Shown: piece after piece, positions 21,222-33,141 of the stretch
Numbering within the stretch: the stretch's first letter is position 1
How the letters are laid out: the number at the start of each line of letters is the position of its first letter
Assembly: GCA_943704415.1 (NCBI GenBank)
Contig: CALSCO010001705.1
Location: 1 to 48,013, forward strand
Length of the DNA stretch: 48,013 bases
Reading direction: 5' to 3'
From: Parvularia atlantis
Lineage: Eukaryota
The notes under the pieces: model-generated
What the model was told of the DNA's origin: nothing
What the model saw: the letters and a program-made list of their open reading frames with translations, nothing else
The model's database searches: none
Made by a program: the position numbers and the translations under genes

Positions 21222-22875
21222 ATGTTCGCGACGCGCCAGCCGTGCGTCTTCCCGCCTGGCGCGCCGCCTCTTGCGACCTGACGGCGCGCGCGACCGCAGC
21301 TCGCTGTTCCCCGGCGTGGCCGCGCAACCCGGGTCCGCGCAGACTCAGGCGGCCGTCGTGCAGCAGCAGCAACAGCAGGCCGCCATCGGCATCCGCAGCC
21401 AATTTGGCCCGCCCGGCTCAGGCCTGCCGCCGCCGCCGCCCAGCGGGTACTACCCGAACGACATGGGTGCGTCGCCGCACTGCACCCGCGCACTCGCGCG
21501 CGCGCGCGCTCCGGATGAGCCTCACGCGGGCGGACGCGGCCACCACCCCTGAGCAGCCGGCGCCGTCGCCGCCGCCGGGGCGCCCTTCGCCGCCGACCGG
21601 GGCGTGCCGACGGTCGAGAAAGACAAAATCTACCAGCTGGTGCAGGACCTGATCGCAGCCGAGTCGCGCGAGGAGGCGCTGCTCGAGCTCAGCAAGAAGC
21701 GCGAGCACGTCCCCGAGCTGGCGCCGATCATGTGGCATTCGTTTGGTACGTCGCGCAGCCGGCCCGTCCGCGGCCCGCTCAGCCGCCGCATCCGCTGCCG
21801 CCCAGGCGTCATGTCGGCGCTGCTGCAGGAGATCGTGTCCATCTACCCGCTGCTATCGCCGCCCAACCTCACCGCGCACGCCTCCAACCGCGTCTGCAAC
21901 GCGCTCGCGCTGCTCCAGACCGTCGCCTCGCACAACGACACGCGGCCGCTCTTCCTAAACGGTGGCGAGACGCCCGTGGCGGCCGGCCGGCGCGCGCTGC
22001 TGACGCGCAGCGCAGCGCACATCCCCCTGTTCCTCTACCCGTTCCTGAACACGGTCAGCAAGACGCGGCCGTTCGAGTACCTGCGCCTGACGAGCCTAGG
22101 CGTGATCGGCGCGCTTGTCAAGGCACGCGCGTCTGGCCGTGCGGCGGCCATGTATGTGCCGTGCGCTCACCCGCCCGCACAGAACGACAGCTCCGAGGTC
22201 GTGCACTTCCTCCTCACGTCCGAGATCATCCCGCTGTGCCTGCGCATCATGGAGACGGGCAGCGAGCTGAGCAAAACGGTGCGCAGCAGCAGCAGCAGCA
22301 GCAGCAGCATGCCGGGCACCCGCGCCCGGCTCACGCGCCGCTGCACACCACAGGTCGCCATCTTCATTGTGCAGAAGATCCTTTTGGACGACATGGGCCT
22401 GCAGTTTGTGTGCCAGACGTACGAGCGCTTCCTGGCCGTCGCGTCCGTGCTGGCGATGATGGTGTGCTGCGCGCGATGGCCCACGCCCTGGCGCGCACAC
22501 CGCACTGACGCCGTCGCGCCCCACAGGTCCAGCAGCTGGTCGAGCACCAGTCGATGCGCCTGCTCAAGCACGTCGTGCGCTGCTACCTGCGCCTGGCCGA
22601 GAACGCGCGGTGCGCACGCCACGCACGGGGCGCAGCACGACCGCTGAGCATGGGAGGGGGCGCAGCGCACGCGACGCGCTCCGGCAGTGCCTGCCCGAAC
22701 CGTTGCGCGATGCGACGTTCAGCAACGTGCTCAAGGAGGACGTGGTGCGCCGGTCGATGGCCCGTCGACGCCGCGCCCGCCGCGCTGACACGCGCCCTTC
22801 GCGCGCCAGGCCACGAAGCGGTGGCTCGCGCAGCTCCTCCTTGCCCTGTCGGACAACGTCCTGCCGCACTCCTAA
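21222..22875 (+). CDS. CNOT9: CCR4-NOT subunit 9 (Rcd1/Caf40)
   Basis: [90 protein letters not shown]. Confidence 0.96.
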
Positions 22876-23017
22876 TATGCCGCCTTCGCGGCAAGGCCTG
22901 CAAGTCGTCCCCCCCTTCTCCCACAAACGAGCACGCTGCGATAGCTGTACGGCTGTACGGTTCCACACACAAAAATGCGCCCCACTGCAACAGGCGGCAA
23001 GCCAAGAAAAAGCATCG

Positions 23018-23564
23018 TTACTTGCGCGGCGCTTCGTACGGCGGCGGCTTCTGCGATCGCGCTCAGCGCCAACGGCCGGCCGCCTGCGCGCGCACCTCGT
23101 ACACGACCTCGTCCTGTACGTCCTCCATCTGCAGCATCGTCTCGCGCTGCCTTGTGGCCCCCTCGAGCGCGCTCGTTGTGGCGGCCTTGGCCGCTTCGGC
23201 CTGCTGCGCGCGCGGGCGAACGGGTGTCGGTCACGTGCCCGCTGCCAGCGCGTGCGCGCCTTGGCCTTCTCCGTCAGCTGGATGTGCGTGTACCAGAAGA
23301 CGCCGACCATCGCGACGACAAAGCCGAGGGCGTTCTGCGTGTGCGCGTGCAGGTGAGACAAGGTCGCGCGATGCGTTCGCGTGCACCTGCGCCGTGACGA
23401 TTGACGCAAAGTACATCGCACCCAGCACAAACACGAAGATCGTTTTGACGTGCCCGACCACCTGGTACGTCACCGCGCTCGTCTTCTCCATCATGATGGC
23501 TGACGAGAAGTTCATCGGTGCGGCGCACGCGCTCGAGATGATGATCCAGTTCTGGCGGCCGAAG
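23018..23564 (-). CDS. Nucleotide-sugar/TPT-family transporter (SLC35E3-like), 3' part only
   Basis: NFSSAIMMEKTSAVTYQVVGHVKTIFVFVLG...NALGFVVAMVGVFWYT. The upstream exons are missing; the sequence runs into the C18 tract. Confidence 0.8.
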
Positions 23565-23601
23565 CTGAGCCATGCAACCCCCCCCCCCCCCCCCCGCGCA
23601 G

Positions 23602-24279
<678 letters not shown>

Positions 24280-24292
24280 TGACCTGGCGTGC

Positions 24293-24688
24293 TCAGATCA
24301 ACGAACCGGCGGCGCGGGCCTCGCGCAGCTTGTCAATCTTGTCCTTGTTGACGATCTGCGCACGATGCGATGGGTCAGGCCTGGCGCGCGCAGTCAAACG
24401 GGCCGGGCCGCAGGGACGCACCATGAACTTGCGCGGGTACGCGGTCGGGTCGATTTCGTTCCACGGGTACAGGTTCTTGTTGGTGTAGACGTTGTTCGGG
24501 TCAAGCGCGAGGCGCGTCATGAAGTAGCCGCAGCCAGCCTTCCGGGGGTGCGCTGTTTTTCAGTTCACGGTGCGGCCACGTGCGAGCCACGCGCGCTCAC
24601 GCACCAGGGCCACGCCGACGACGCCGTAGATGGGGATCGCCTCCGGGACGAACCAAACCTTCATGAGACCGCGCAGCGAGGTGGCCAT
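24293..24688 (-). CDS. NDUFA4: NDUFA4/COXFA4 (MLRQ/B12D family)
   Basis: WFVPEAIPIYGVVGVAL|AGCGYFMTRLALDPNNVYTNKNLYPWNEI...KFM; 2 introns. Confidence 0.75.
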
Positions 24689-25042
24689 GGTGCTGAGATG
24701 GGAGGCTGGGCGAGGCTGCGCGGCACAGTGAGCTACAGCAAGAGAACTCTTTTTTTTTTTTCCCCTCGCTCTCCGAAAGCGCCGCCGCTCCAACCGACAA
24801 GCCACACGAGCGCACGCGCGCTGCACGTGCACGCGCCATCCACCCACACCGACCGCCTGGACCGAGCACCGCGCCGCGCCACGCCGCGCGCGCCGCACGC
24901 GAACGGACGCGCCACGTGCGTCCATCCCACGTGGGTTCACATCGAATGTCGACGCGATGGACCAGAGTGACAGCGGCGCAGCGCGTCACGGACGCATCAT
25001 CGGCGGCCGCGCAGTTCGCGCGGTGCCTGCTCCCGTTGAGCC

Positions 25043-26939
25043 ATGCTCGAGCGGCTGCCCAGCGAGCTGCTCGTGCTGCTGCTCAGCTTCGTGGATGAGC
25101 CGCTGGCGCTGCTCGTCGGCTCGCGGCGCGTGCTCGCCGTGTGGGCCAGCGGCGCCGTCGTGCAGCTAGCCTGGTGGGCGCACCGCGGACGGCACCGGCG
25201 CGCGCGCCTGTGCGCGTCGTGGTGCCTGCAGCACCCGCCCATCGCGTGCGTATTCGACCCGGGCACGGCCCAGGTCGAGCCCGACGACGTGGTCGAGCAC
25301 CTGGTGCTGCTAGCGGGCGCGGCGTCCGTGCACACGCGCCAGACCGAGGCCCACGCGCTCGGCATCGTTCGGGCGTACCTCGCCCGGGGCGTGTTTGTGC
25401 TGACGCTGCGCAACGCCGTCGTGCTGCACCACTGCGTCCAGTTTGGGCTGCTGCTGCTCGCGCGCTGCCTGTTTGAGACGATGGTGCGCGCCCCGAACGA
25501 TCGTGCCAGCCTCACGCGCGCGCGCAGACGCCCGACGACCGCGTCGAGCTCACGCTCTACATTGACCTGATGGACCTCGCCGTCAGCCGCGGTCACGCCG
25601 AAATGGTCGAGCTGCTGCTCGGCTTCGGTTTGCCGCCGTCGTGGATGGCGCTGACGACGGGCGCGATGACGGCGCAGGCACGCGCTCGGCACGTGCTGTG
25701 CGACGCGCACTGACAGACGCCGCCGCCGCGTGACAGACGCGCGCCGTTCGCCTCCTGCTCGGCGCCGAGGACCCCGGCCCGGAGCTGCCTCTGCTGCGCT
25801 GGGCGCTCGCGTACCTCGTCGAGCGCGGCAACGGCCTCGCGGTCGAGCTCATGCTCGACTGCGCCCGCGCCGTCGGCCGCCCGGCCACGGCCGAGATCCT
25901 GCACCACGCGCTCATGGTCGCAGTCAACGTCGGCAGCGGCGCGGTCGTGCGGGCGCTGCTGCTGCACGGCGCCGACGCGACCGGTGCGCGCGCCCAAGTG
26001 GGGCCGCCCGTGCGGTTGATGACGCGAGCGCTGGCAGAGCAAAACTGGGAGGCGTGGTACGCGTGCGCGCACCGCGGCGCGATGGACGTCACGACGGCGA
26101 TGGTCGACCTCGCGCCCATGCCCTCGCTCGTCTGGTGCACGGCGCACGGCTCCGAGTGGTCGCGCCTAATGAAGGACCTCGTGCGGGCCGGCCGCGACGA
26201 CCTGCTCGACCGGTGCCTGCGCCAGCTCCACCCGGCCTTCCCGTTCAACTCGGCGCGGCTGTCGGACGTGCTGGTGCGCGTCGCGGCGTGCGCTTGCTGT
26301 GTGTCGCGTGCTCAGCCGCGCGTGTCGCAGGTCGAGGCCGCGCGCATCGGCCACGTGCCGTGCGGCCGCCTGCTGCTCGCGGCCGGCGCGCTGCCCTTCG
26401 CGACCGTGATCGAGCCCGGCCGCGCGCTGCTCGAGGCCGCCTTTCACGGGCACGTCATCTTCATCAAGCTGCTGCTCGAGGTGGCGTTGCTAGGCGGGCA
26501 GCGAGCCGCACAGCCATTGATTGACGCAGCCCGCAAACGCAGTGCGAGCGCCCCACGTGCGGCTTCCAGCTCGGCCCGCTGCTCACCGACGCTGTGATGA
26601 TCGCCGCCGACCGCGGGCACTTTGCGCTCGTGCGCCTGCTCTTGCACGTGCAGGACGACGTCGCGGGCGGCGTGATGGACAGGTGCGGCCGGGTGCAGCA
26701 CCAGCGGCCCAGCTGACGCAGTGTCGCCGCGCAGCCTCAAGTGGTTCCGCGACGGCGTCAACAAGGAGATCCTGCGCGACGAGTGCCTGCGCGTGCTCAC
26801 GGCGCGCGACCTGCTCAGCCGGCGCTCGAAGGGCCGCGCGGCGCGGTGCAGCAGCGCGGCGGCGTCGCTCTCGGACCTCAACCTCAACCTCCTGCTCGGC
26901 AGCAGCAGCAGCGGCGCGCTTGACGCGCGCGACCTGTGA
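25043..26939 (+). CDS. F-box-like + ankyrin-repeat protein
   Basis: N-terminal MLERLPSELLVLLLSFV (F-box). Ankyrin repeats AVSRGHAEMVELLL, AVNVGSGAVVRALLLHGAD, AARIGHVPCGRLLLAAGA, AAFHGHVIFIKLLL, AADRGHFALVRLLL. Confidence 0.7.
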
Positions 26940-26976
26940 CTGCTGTCCTTGCACCGCAATAAAATGCCCCACGCAC

Positions 26977-28035
26977 TCACGATGACGACGCCGCGAGGGA
27001 CGACAGCGCGTCACTCACGACTGGCGCCGTCGCTGCGCCCTTGTACGCCTCCAGCAGCAGGCCCGTGACGAACTGGTCCAACTCGGCCACGCGCGCGCCC
27101 TCGACCTCGCGGCTCTTGCTGTCGGCAAGCGCCTTGCAGCACTGCGCGGGGTACACGACGCCGTCAGCCGCGTCTCCAAGGGCCCGTCGTTCGGTGAGCG
27201 CGCACCATCTTCAGGCCCCACATCGCGCGCACGCTGCCGCGGTCGAGCTCGAGCGCGCGGCAGAAGTACTTCTTGGCGATGAGCAGCTTGTCGACGCCGC
27301 CCTGCGTGTACAGCACCTTGCGCGCGACGCCAATGCATTAGCCATGGCGAACGCAAGCCGCATCACGCACGCTCGCGAGCTTGAGCTGCCGCGTCGCGCT
27401 CTGCGGCTCGAGCAGCACGAGCTCCTCGAGGCAGAATTGCGCCTGCGGGAGCATGTGCCTCGCCAGGTACAGCTCGCTCAGCTGCTCCCACGCCTCGGCG
27501 TCGGTCGTGAACACGTCGAGGTAGGCCACGAGCAGCTCGATGGCCGTCGCGACGTGACCCTGCGCCATCGCGAGTGCGACGCGGCGTTTCATCGCCGGCT
27601 GCAAGGTCGCGTCAGGAAACACGTGCCGCGGGCGGGCGAGAGGCGACGTGCCACGCAGAGCGGGTCGGTCTCGAGCATCGCGGCGTAGACCTCGGCCGCC
27701 TTGCCGTACTCGCCCTGGGCCTCGTGCAGCATGCCGCGCAGCCGGCGCACGCGCAGCGACGCCGTGCCGAAGCGGCGCTCGAGCAGCGCGAGCGTGCGCG
27801 TCGCGAGCGGCAGCTGCGCGGGCAGGTCGTCGAGCGCGGCCACGAGCATGTGCTCGTGCACCGTCCAGACTGGGGCGTCCGTCAGTGTCGCCTGCGTCGC
27901 GCGCGTCCGCGGCGCACCCTCGTCGCCCAGCACGCCCGTGTGCCGCGCCAGCAGCGCGCCGCCCAGCGCCAGCACCGTCGCCGCCCCGTCGCGCCGCGCC
28001 GCCGCCGCCTGAAGCGGCTCAAGCAGCTTGCGCAT
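26977..28035 (-). CDS. EMC2: ER membrane protein complex subunit 2 (TPR)
   Basis: VWTVHEHMLVAALD, SLRVRRLRGMLHEA, KRRVA, YLDVFTTDAEAWEQLSELY, AQFCLEELVL, AKKYFCRAL, RAMWGL. Confidence 0.9.
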
Positions 28036-28148
28036 GTCTCGGCCGTGTGCGTCCCGCTAAAACTTCACACTTTGCGCGGACAGCTGATGATGCGATTGCA
28101 AGCATGGCGGTGAGCGACAGCCACGCTGTCATTTATCGCGTCTCAGCC

Positions 28149-30457
28149 ATGCGCGCGCGCCTCGTGGCGTCGGTGCGGCGCCTCTCGTCGACGGCGGCGG
28201 CAGCAGCGGCGGCGCCTGAGCCGAGCGACTTCACCGACTTCACGGGCTTTGTGACACGCGCGCGCGCGCGGCTGCGTCACGTGCGCACCGATGCCAAGAC
28301 GCCCGCGCCGCCGCCGGCCGCCGAGCCGTTCACCGCGAGCGACCGCCGATGGATCGACGTTGTGCGGTGCGCGCTGGGCGGGCTGCTGCGGACGGCGCGG
28401 CTCACGCGGCGCAGGCGATCGGTGTACGAGCGCGACGCTGGGCTGCGCACGCGCGCGATTGTCATCGTCCGCGCGCTCGGCTTCCTCGACGCGATGACGC
28501 TGCTGCGCGCGCTGGGCGAGCTCGGCGACAACCAGTGGCCGGGCTCGCCAACGGTCGACGGGCGGCGCTTCTCGAGCGTGCTGCAGCAGTCGGCGCAGCA
28601 GCTCGTCGACGGCACGTGGCCTCTCTCTCTCTCTCCGCGTCTGCGCGCATCGTGTGCTGAACGACACGCGCAGCGTACAACGCCGGGCGGCGCAACGACG
28701 TTCTCGCCGAGCGCGATCGGCGCGACTTTGGCGCGACGCCCGTGTACACGATCGACGACGTTACGACGACCGACGTCGACGACGCCATCTCGATTGAGCC
28801 CAACGGCGACGGGACGACGTGGGTGCACGTGCACATCTCGGACCCGACCGCGCTCGTCCCCGCCAACAGCCCGCTTGACCTGGCCGCGCGGTGCGGTGCG
28901 CGCACGACATCGCTGCAGACCGTCTAATGTGTGCACTCGCGCCCCGCGCCCGCTGCAGCGCCCGCGGTGCGACAGTGTACCTGCCGTACACGCGCGTGCC
29001 CATGTTCCCTGAGCTGCTCTCGTGCGGCCTGTTCTCGCTCGAGCCCGGGCGCGAGGCCGAAGGCATGCCGGCGATGACCTTCAGCGGCAAGGTGCGGCGT
29101 CCGCACCCGTGCGGCCAGCGCGCTTGACAGTGCGCGGCTGTAGGTCGACGACGCAACGGGAGTGCTGGTCGACGCGCGCGTGACGCCGTCGATCGTCCGG
29201 CGCGTGCGCAAGCTCAACTTTGACGCGGTTGACGCGATGCTCGAGAGCGCGGACGAGAGCGAAAGCGAGAGCGAAAGCGAGAGCGAGACTAGGACGGCGA
29301 TGCAGACGCTGCTCGACCTGTCGGAGGGGATGATGCGCGACCGCTTTAGCCGAGGCGCGCTGCAGCTCAACCTGCCCGAGGTCAGCCCGTTCGCGCGGAT
29401 CGTGCGGATCGTGTACTCATGCAGGGGGGTTGGCGTTTGGCCGCAGAACAAGATCGAGATTGGCGCGGACAACGCTGTCAGCGTCAAGCCCGTGCACGTC
29501 TACCGCTCGTCGTCGTCGCAGATCGTCCGCGAGGTCATGCTGCTGGCGAACCGCGTCGCCGCCGATTACTGCCGCGCGGTCTGCGCCACTCGTGCGCGCG
29601 CAACATGCCGCTGATTGCGACCGTGGCAGGCGGGCATCCCCGTGCCGTACCGCGTACAGCCGCACAACCACCTGCCGCAGGCGGTCGTGACGCGGCTACA
29701 AGAGGCGGCGCTTGCGCGCGAGCCCATGTGCGCCTCGGCGTGCGGTTGCGGGCGCAGCGCCGGCGTAATGCACCGTTGCTCGCGCCAGGTACGCCGACTT
29801 TTCGCTGCTGTCGGGCTCGATCATGAACACGAAGACCACGACCGTGCCCGGCGCACACTGGACGCTCGGGCTGGCGTCGTACACCCAGGTACCTCGCGCG
29901 CGTCTGTCGCTGCGTGTGCATGCGCGCACTGAGCCCGTGCGGTGCAGGCCACGTCGCCCATCCGCCGCTACACGGACGTGCTGGTACACTACCAGCTCAA
30001 GGCGCACCTGCGCGGCGAGCGGCCGCCGTTCACGGCCGAGCAGCTCGACAACATTCTGTACCAGAATCAGCAGCTCGTGACCGAGGTGCGTCCCACACGT
30101 GCGCGTGTGTGCGTTGCTGACGGGCGCGCAAGGGGCGGCTGTTTGAGCGCTCGGCGCGGACGTTCTGCAACATCCGCTACTACGAGGGCATGCCGCAGGG
30201 CACGCCACTCGAGGGCGTGGTCCTGCGCTCGGGCGACGAGCGCAACGATCACATCGTGATGCTGCAGGACAGCGCTTTCACGCGTCAGTGCCGCCTTTCC
30301 CGCGCTAGGCCGGTGCGTGCGCAATGCGCTCGTGCGGTGCTGGCTGCGCTCATGGCGGGCGGCTGCGCAGGCCGGCGCAACGGTGCCGCTCGTGCTCTCG
30401 CTCGCCGACTCGCGCACACAACGGCTGTTCGTCACCGAGAAGGGCGGCGCAAAGTAG
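28149..30457 (+). CDS. RNase II/RNB-family 3'-5' exoribonuclease with probable mitochondrial presequence (Dss1/Cyt-4-like)
   Basis: Presequence-like MRARLVASVRRLSSTA. RNB motifs YTIDDVTTTDVDDAISIE, VHISDP, RGATVYLP...PMFP, EVMLLAN, HWTLGLASYTQATSPIRRYTDVLVHYQL. Confidence 0.85.
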
Positions 30458-30506
30458 ACAACGGGCATTCTCTTGGACATACGCGCAGCACGGTACAGCT
30501 CCCCGC

Positions 30507-31760
30507 TCACAGCTTCGCGGCGGGCGCCGGGTTCGCTTGGATGAACGCGTGGATCACCCGCGCGACCTCCTGCGGCTGGTCCTCCTGCACAAAGTGGCCG
30601 CCGTCCTTGATCTGCACGTGCTTCTGGTTGCGCGTGCCCGGCACGACGCCGATGAACGCGCGCTCGCCGCCCTTGGTGACCGGGTCCTGGTCGCTGAACG
30701 CTGCGGCGCGCGCGTGTGTCAGCGGCCCTGCGCAGCCGAGCTCTGGGCGCACCGCAGAGGAACGGCTTGTCGAACTTGGCCAGGACCTCCCACGCCTTCT
30801 TGTTGGCCTTGGCGTCGTCGTTGTCGGTGATCGGCACGAGCCTGACCACGCACGTCAGTGCGACGTGCACGGTGGGGCGACGCGCGAGACGGACAGCGGG
30901 AACTGCAGCGCGCCTGCCTGGAACGTCTTGTCGGGGAAGGGCGCGTCGTAGCCCTTCTTGATCTGCGCGACCGCGGCCTGAGCGTCGCAGAGGTGGGGTG
31001 GGAGCCCAGCCACCGCACCTCCTCCGTCAGCGGCTTGACGCAGCTGCGCTCAAACAGGAAGCCGACGTCGAGCTCGTCGGCCTGCTGGCTGAACGCGAGC
31101 CACGCCTTGAAGCCCGGGGTGGCGCCCTCGCCGCGCGGCAGGCCGCTGCGTCGCGCCCCACAGTGAGCGGCGCCGGAGCCGCAACGCGATCGGCGCGCAC
31201 GTGTTGGACACGACGACGCGCGCGAAGCGCTCCGGGTGCTTGGCGACGATGCGCAGGCCGAGCAGGCCGCCCCAGTCCTGGCAGAAGAGCGTGATGTCGC
31301 GCAGATTGAGCGCGCCGACGACGAGCGCCTCAAGCCACTGCACGTGACGCGCGTAGGTGTAGTCGGCGCGGCTCGTGGGCTTGTCGGAGCTGCGTGCGAC
31401 CGCGTCTGAGCCGAATGGTGAACGGCAGCAGCAGCAGCGGCACCGTCCGAAGCCGACGAGGTCGGGCGCGATGCAGCGGTAGCCGTGCCGGACCAGCGGC
31501 GGGATGACCTCGCGGTAGAGGAAGCACCACGACGGCTCGCCGTGCAGCAGCAGCACGACGGGCCCGTTGCGCGGTCCCTCCTGCGTGCGCGTCTTGTTGT
31601 CACTCGGGGCCCGCGTCGGCGCAGGGCATCTCTCACGCACGTCGAGATAGTGCATCCGCAGCGCGCCCGGCTGCACCGTCGCGTAGTGCGGCGCGAAGGC
31701 GAAGCCCGGCAGGCCGCGGAAGCGCTCGTCCGGCGTGCGCACCGAGGCGATCATCATCAT
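30507..31760 (-). CDS. Haloalkane dehalogenase (HLD-I, DhlA/DhmA-like) with C-terminal PTS1 (-AKL), 6 introns
   Basis: [84 protein letters not shown], ending PAPAAKL*. Confidence 0.9.
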
Positions 31761-31860
31761 CGGGCCCCGGCGCAGCTGCTCTGAACTCACATCGGCGTGT
31801 ACACGTGCGTGGGCGCGGATGCAGCATGGCCGTGACGCTCACTGTTCGTCCTCAGACCGA

Positions 31861-32344
31861 ATGTCGGCCGCCGCACTCGTCGCCGCCGTGCAGCCGAGCC
31901 GCGCCGGGGCGGCCACGCGCGTGCGCTCGCTGTACCGCGCGTGGATGCGCGAGGTGCGTGGAATGCGCGGGCCTGCTGCTGCGAATTGAGGCGCGCGCGC
32001 GCGCGCGCGCGATGCTTGCGCAAAGGCGCCGCGCGCCGTGCAGATGTACCTGCTCGACATGCCCGTAGGGCGGTTCCGCGCGCAGGTGCGCGCCGAATTT
32101 GAGAAGCACCGGCACGTGCAGGTGCGGCTCGCGCCGCTCCCTTGTGCGATCGATGTACGCGCCTCACGCGATGCACGCGGGGCAGGATCTGGGCGTGATC
32201 AACGTGCTCGTCGCCAAGGGCCAGATGGAGCTCGACGAGACGGCCAACATCTGGAAGCAGAAGACGCACGTCATGCGCTACTTCAGCGACGTCCCGCCCG
32301 AGCCCAAGGACTTCCTCTCGCGCTTCTACGCCGGGCGGGTGTGA
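31861..32344 (+). CDS. NDUFA6: Complex I accessory subunit NDUFA6 (LYRM6/B14)
   Basis: [41 protein letters not shown]...[11 protein letters not shown]...DFLSRFYAG. Confidence 0.93.
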
Positions 32345-32475
32345 GGCGCGGTCGTGCGCGCGCCGGGGGGGCCGATGCCGCTGTGCCGTGCGAAGCGCAG
32401 AGGGAGAGGAGAAGAACAGTCGGCACGTTCGCGGTCCACTGGCGGGCAGCGCCACAGCCACACACGCGGCGACCG

Positions 32476-32811
32476 TCACTGTCGCTTGGGCTTGGCGGCG
32501 GGCTCCTCGGCGTAGGCCGCGACGAGGTACGCGACGATGAGCACGTGGACGACGACGACGGCGGTGCCGGCGGCGTACACGCCGTTGCCTGCGTGCGCGT
32601 GCGTGCCGTGCGTGTGTGCCGCCGTGAGCGGGCGTCGTGGCGCGCGCGCCTCTCGCCGCACGCGCACACCGACCCAGACGTAGTGCAGCGACATGAAGAA
32701 GGCCGCGACGGGCCCCGCGATGAGCGCGATCGTGAAGAAGACGAGCTTGGCGACGAGGCTGGGCGTGACGGCGCCGCCGGTGTCGTCCTCGGCCGCGTTG
32801 CGTGTGTCCAT
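32476..32811 (-). CDS. VMA21: V-ATPase assembly factor Vma21
   Basis: KLVFFTIALIAGPVAAFF...YAAGTAVVVVHVLIVAYLVAAY; two TMs and a C-terminal KPKRQ* dilysine-type ER retrieval signal; 1 intron. Confidence 0.85.
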   Translation of the reverse strand: MDTRNAAEDDTGGAVTPSLVAKLVFFTIALIAGPVAAFFMSLHYVWVGVRVRREARAPRRPLTAAHTHGTHAHAGNGVYAAGTAVVVVHVLIVAYLVAAYAEEPAAKPKRQ

Positions 32812-32864
32812 CGTGCTCGGTGCGGATCGCAATGTCAGTCGGTCGCTTCACATCCGTGTCATCT

Positions 32865-32908
32865 GCGTCGCATCCGCGTCGCATCCGCGTCGCATCCGCG
32901 TCGCATCC
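32865..32908. repeat. 11-bp tandem repeat GCGTCGCATCC x4
   Basis: Four perfect copies in the VMA21/Lst2-like divergent intergenic region. Confidence 0.95.
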
Positions 32909-33141
32909 GCTGTCTCGGGCGCATGCGGCGCGTCCGCCGTCCTCTCGCCCGCTCCACCTTGGCCCACCGGCCGCGCCCATAAACAAGCCCCTTCGGCCGA
33001 GATGACGTCGCGGTGACGCCCCGCCCCGTGGCCACTCTGCACGCGTCGCGCGGCCTCCGCGCCTCTCTCTCTCTCGCGTCCGTCCCCTCCCGCTCGCCGT
33101 CCGCCGTCTCCCCGCGCGCGCACCCCCCCCTCCCCGGACCG

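Noticed and set aside
22283..22308. (CAG)n run that looks like poly-Ser/Gln in CNOT9
   Set aside because: It lies inside an intron (ACG|GTGCGC...CACAG|GTC); an ordinary microsatellite.
32589..32666. In-frame, stop-free introns (VMA21 and others) as regulated retention
   Set aside because: Expected by chance for short GC-rich introns; no supporting evidence without RNA data.
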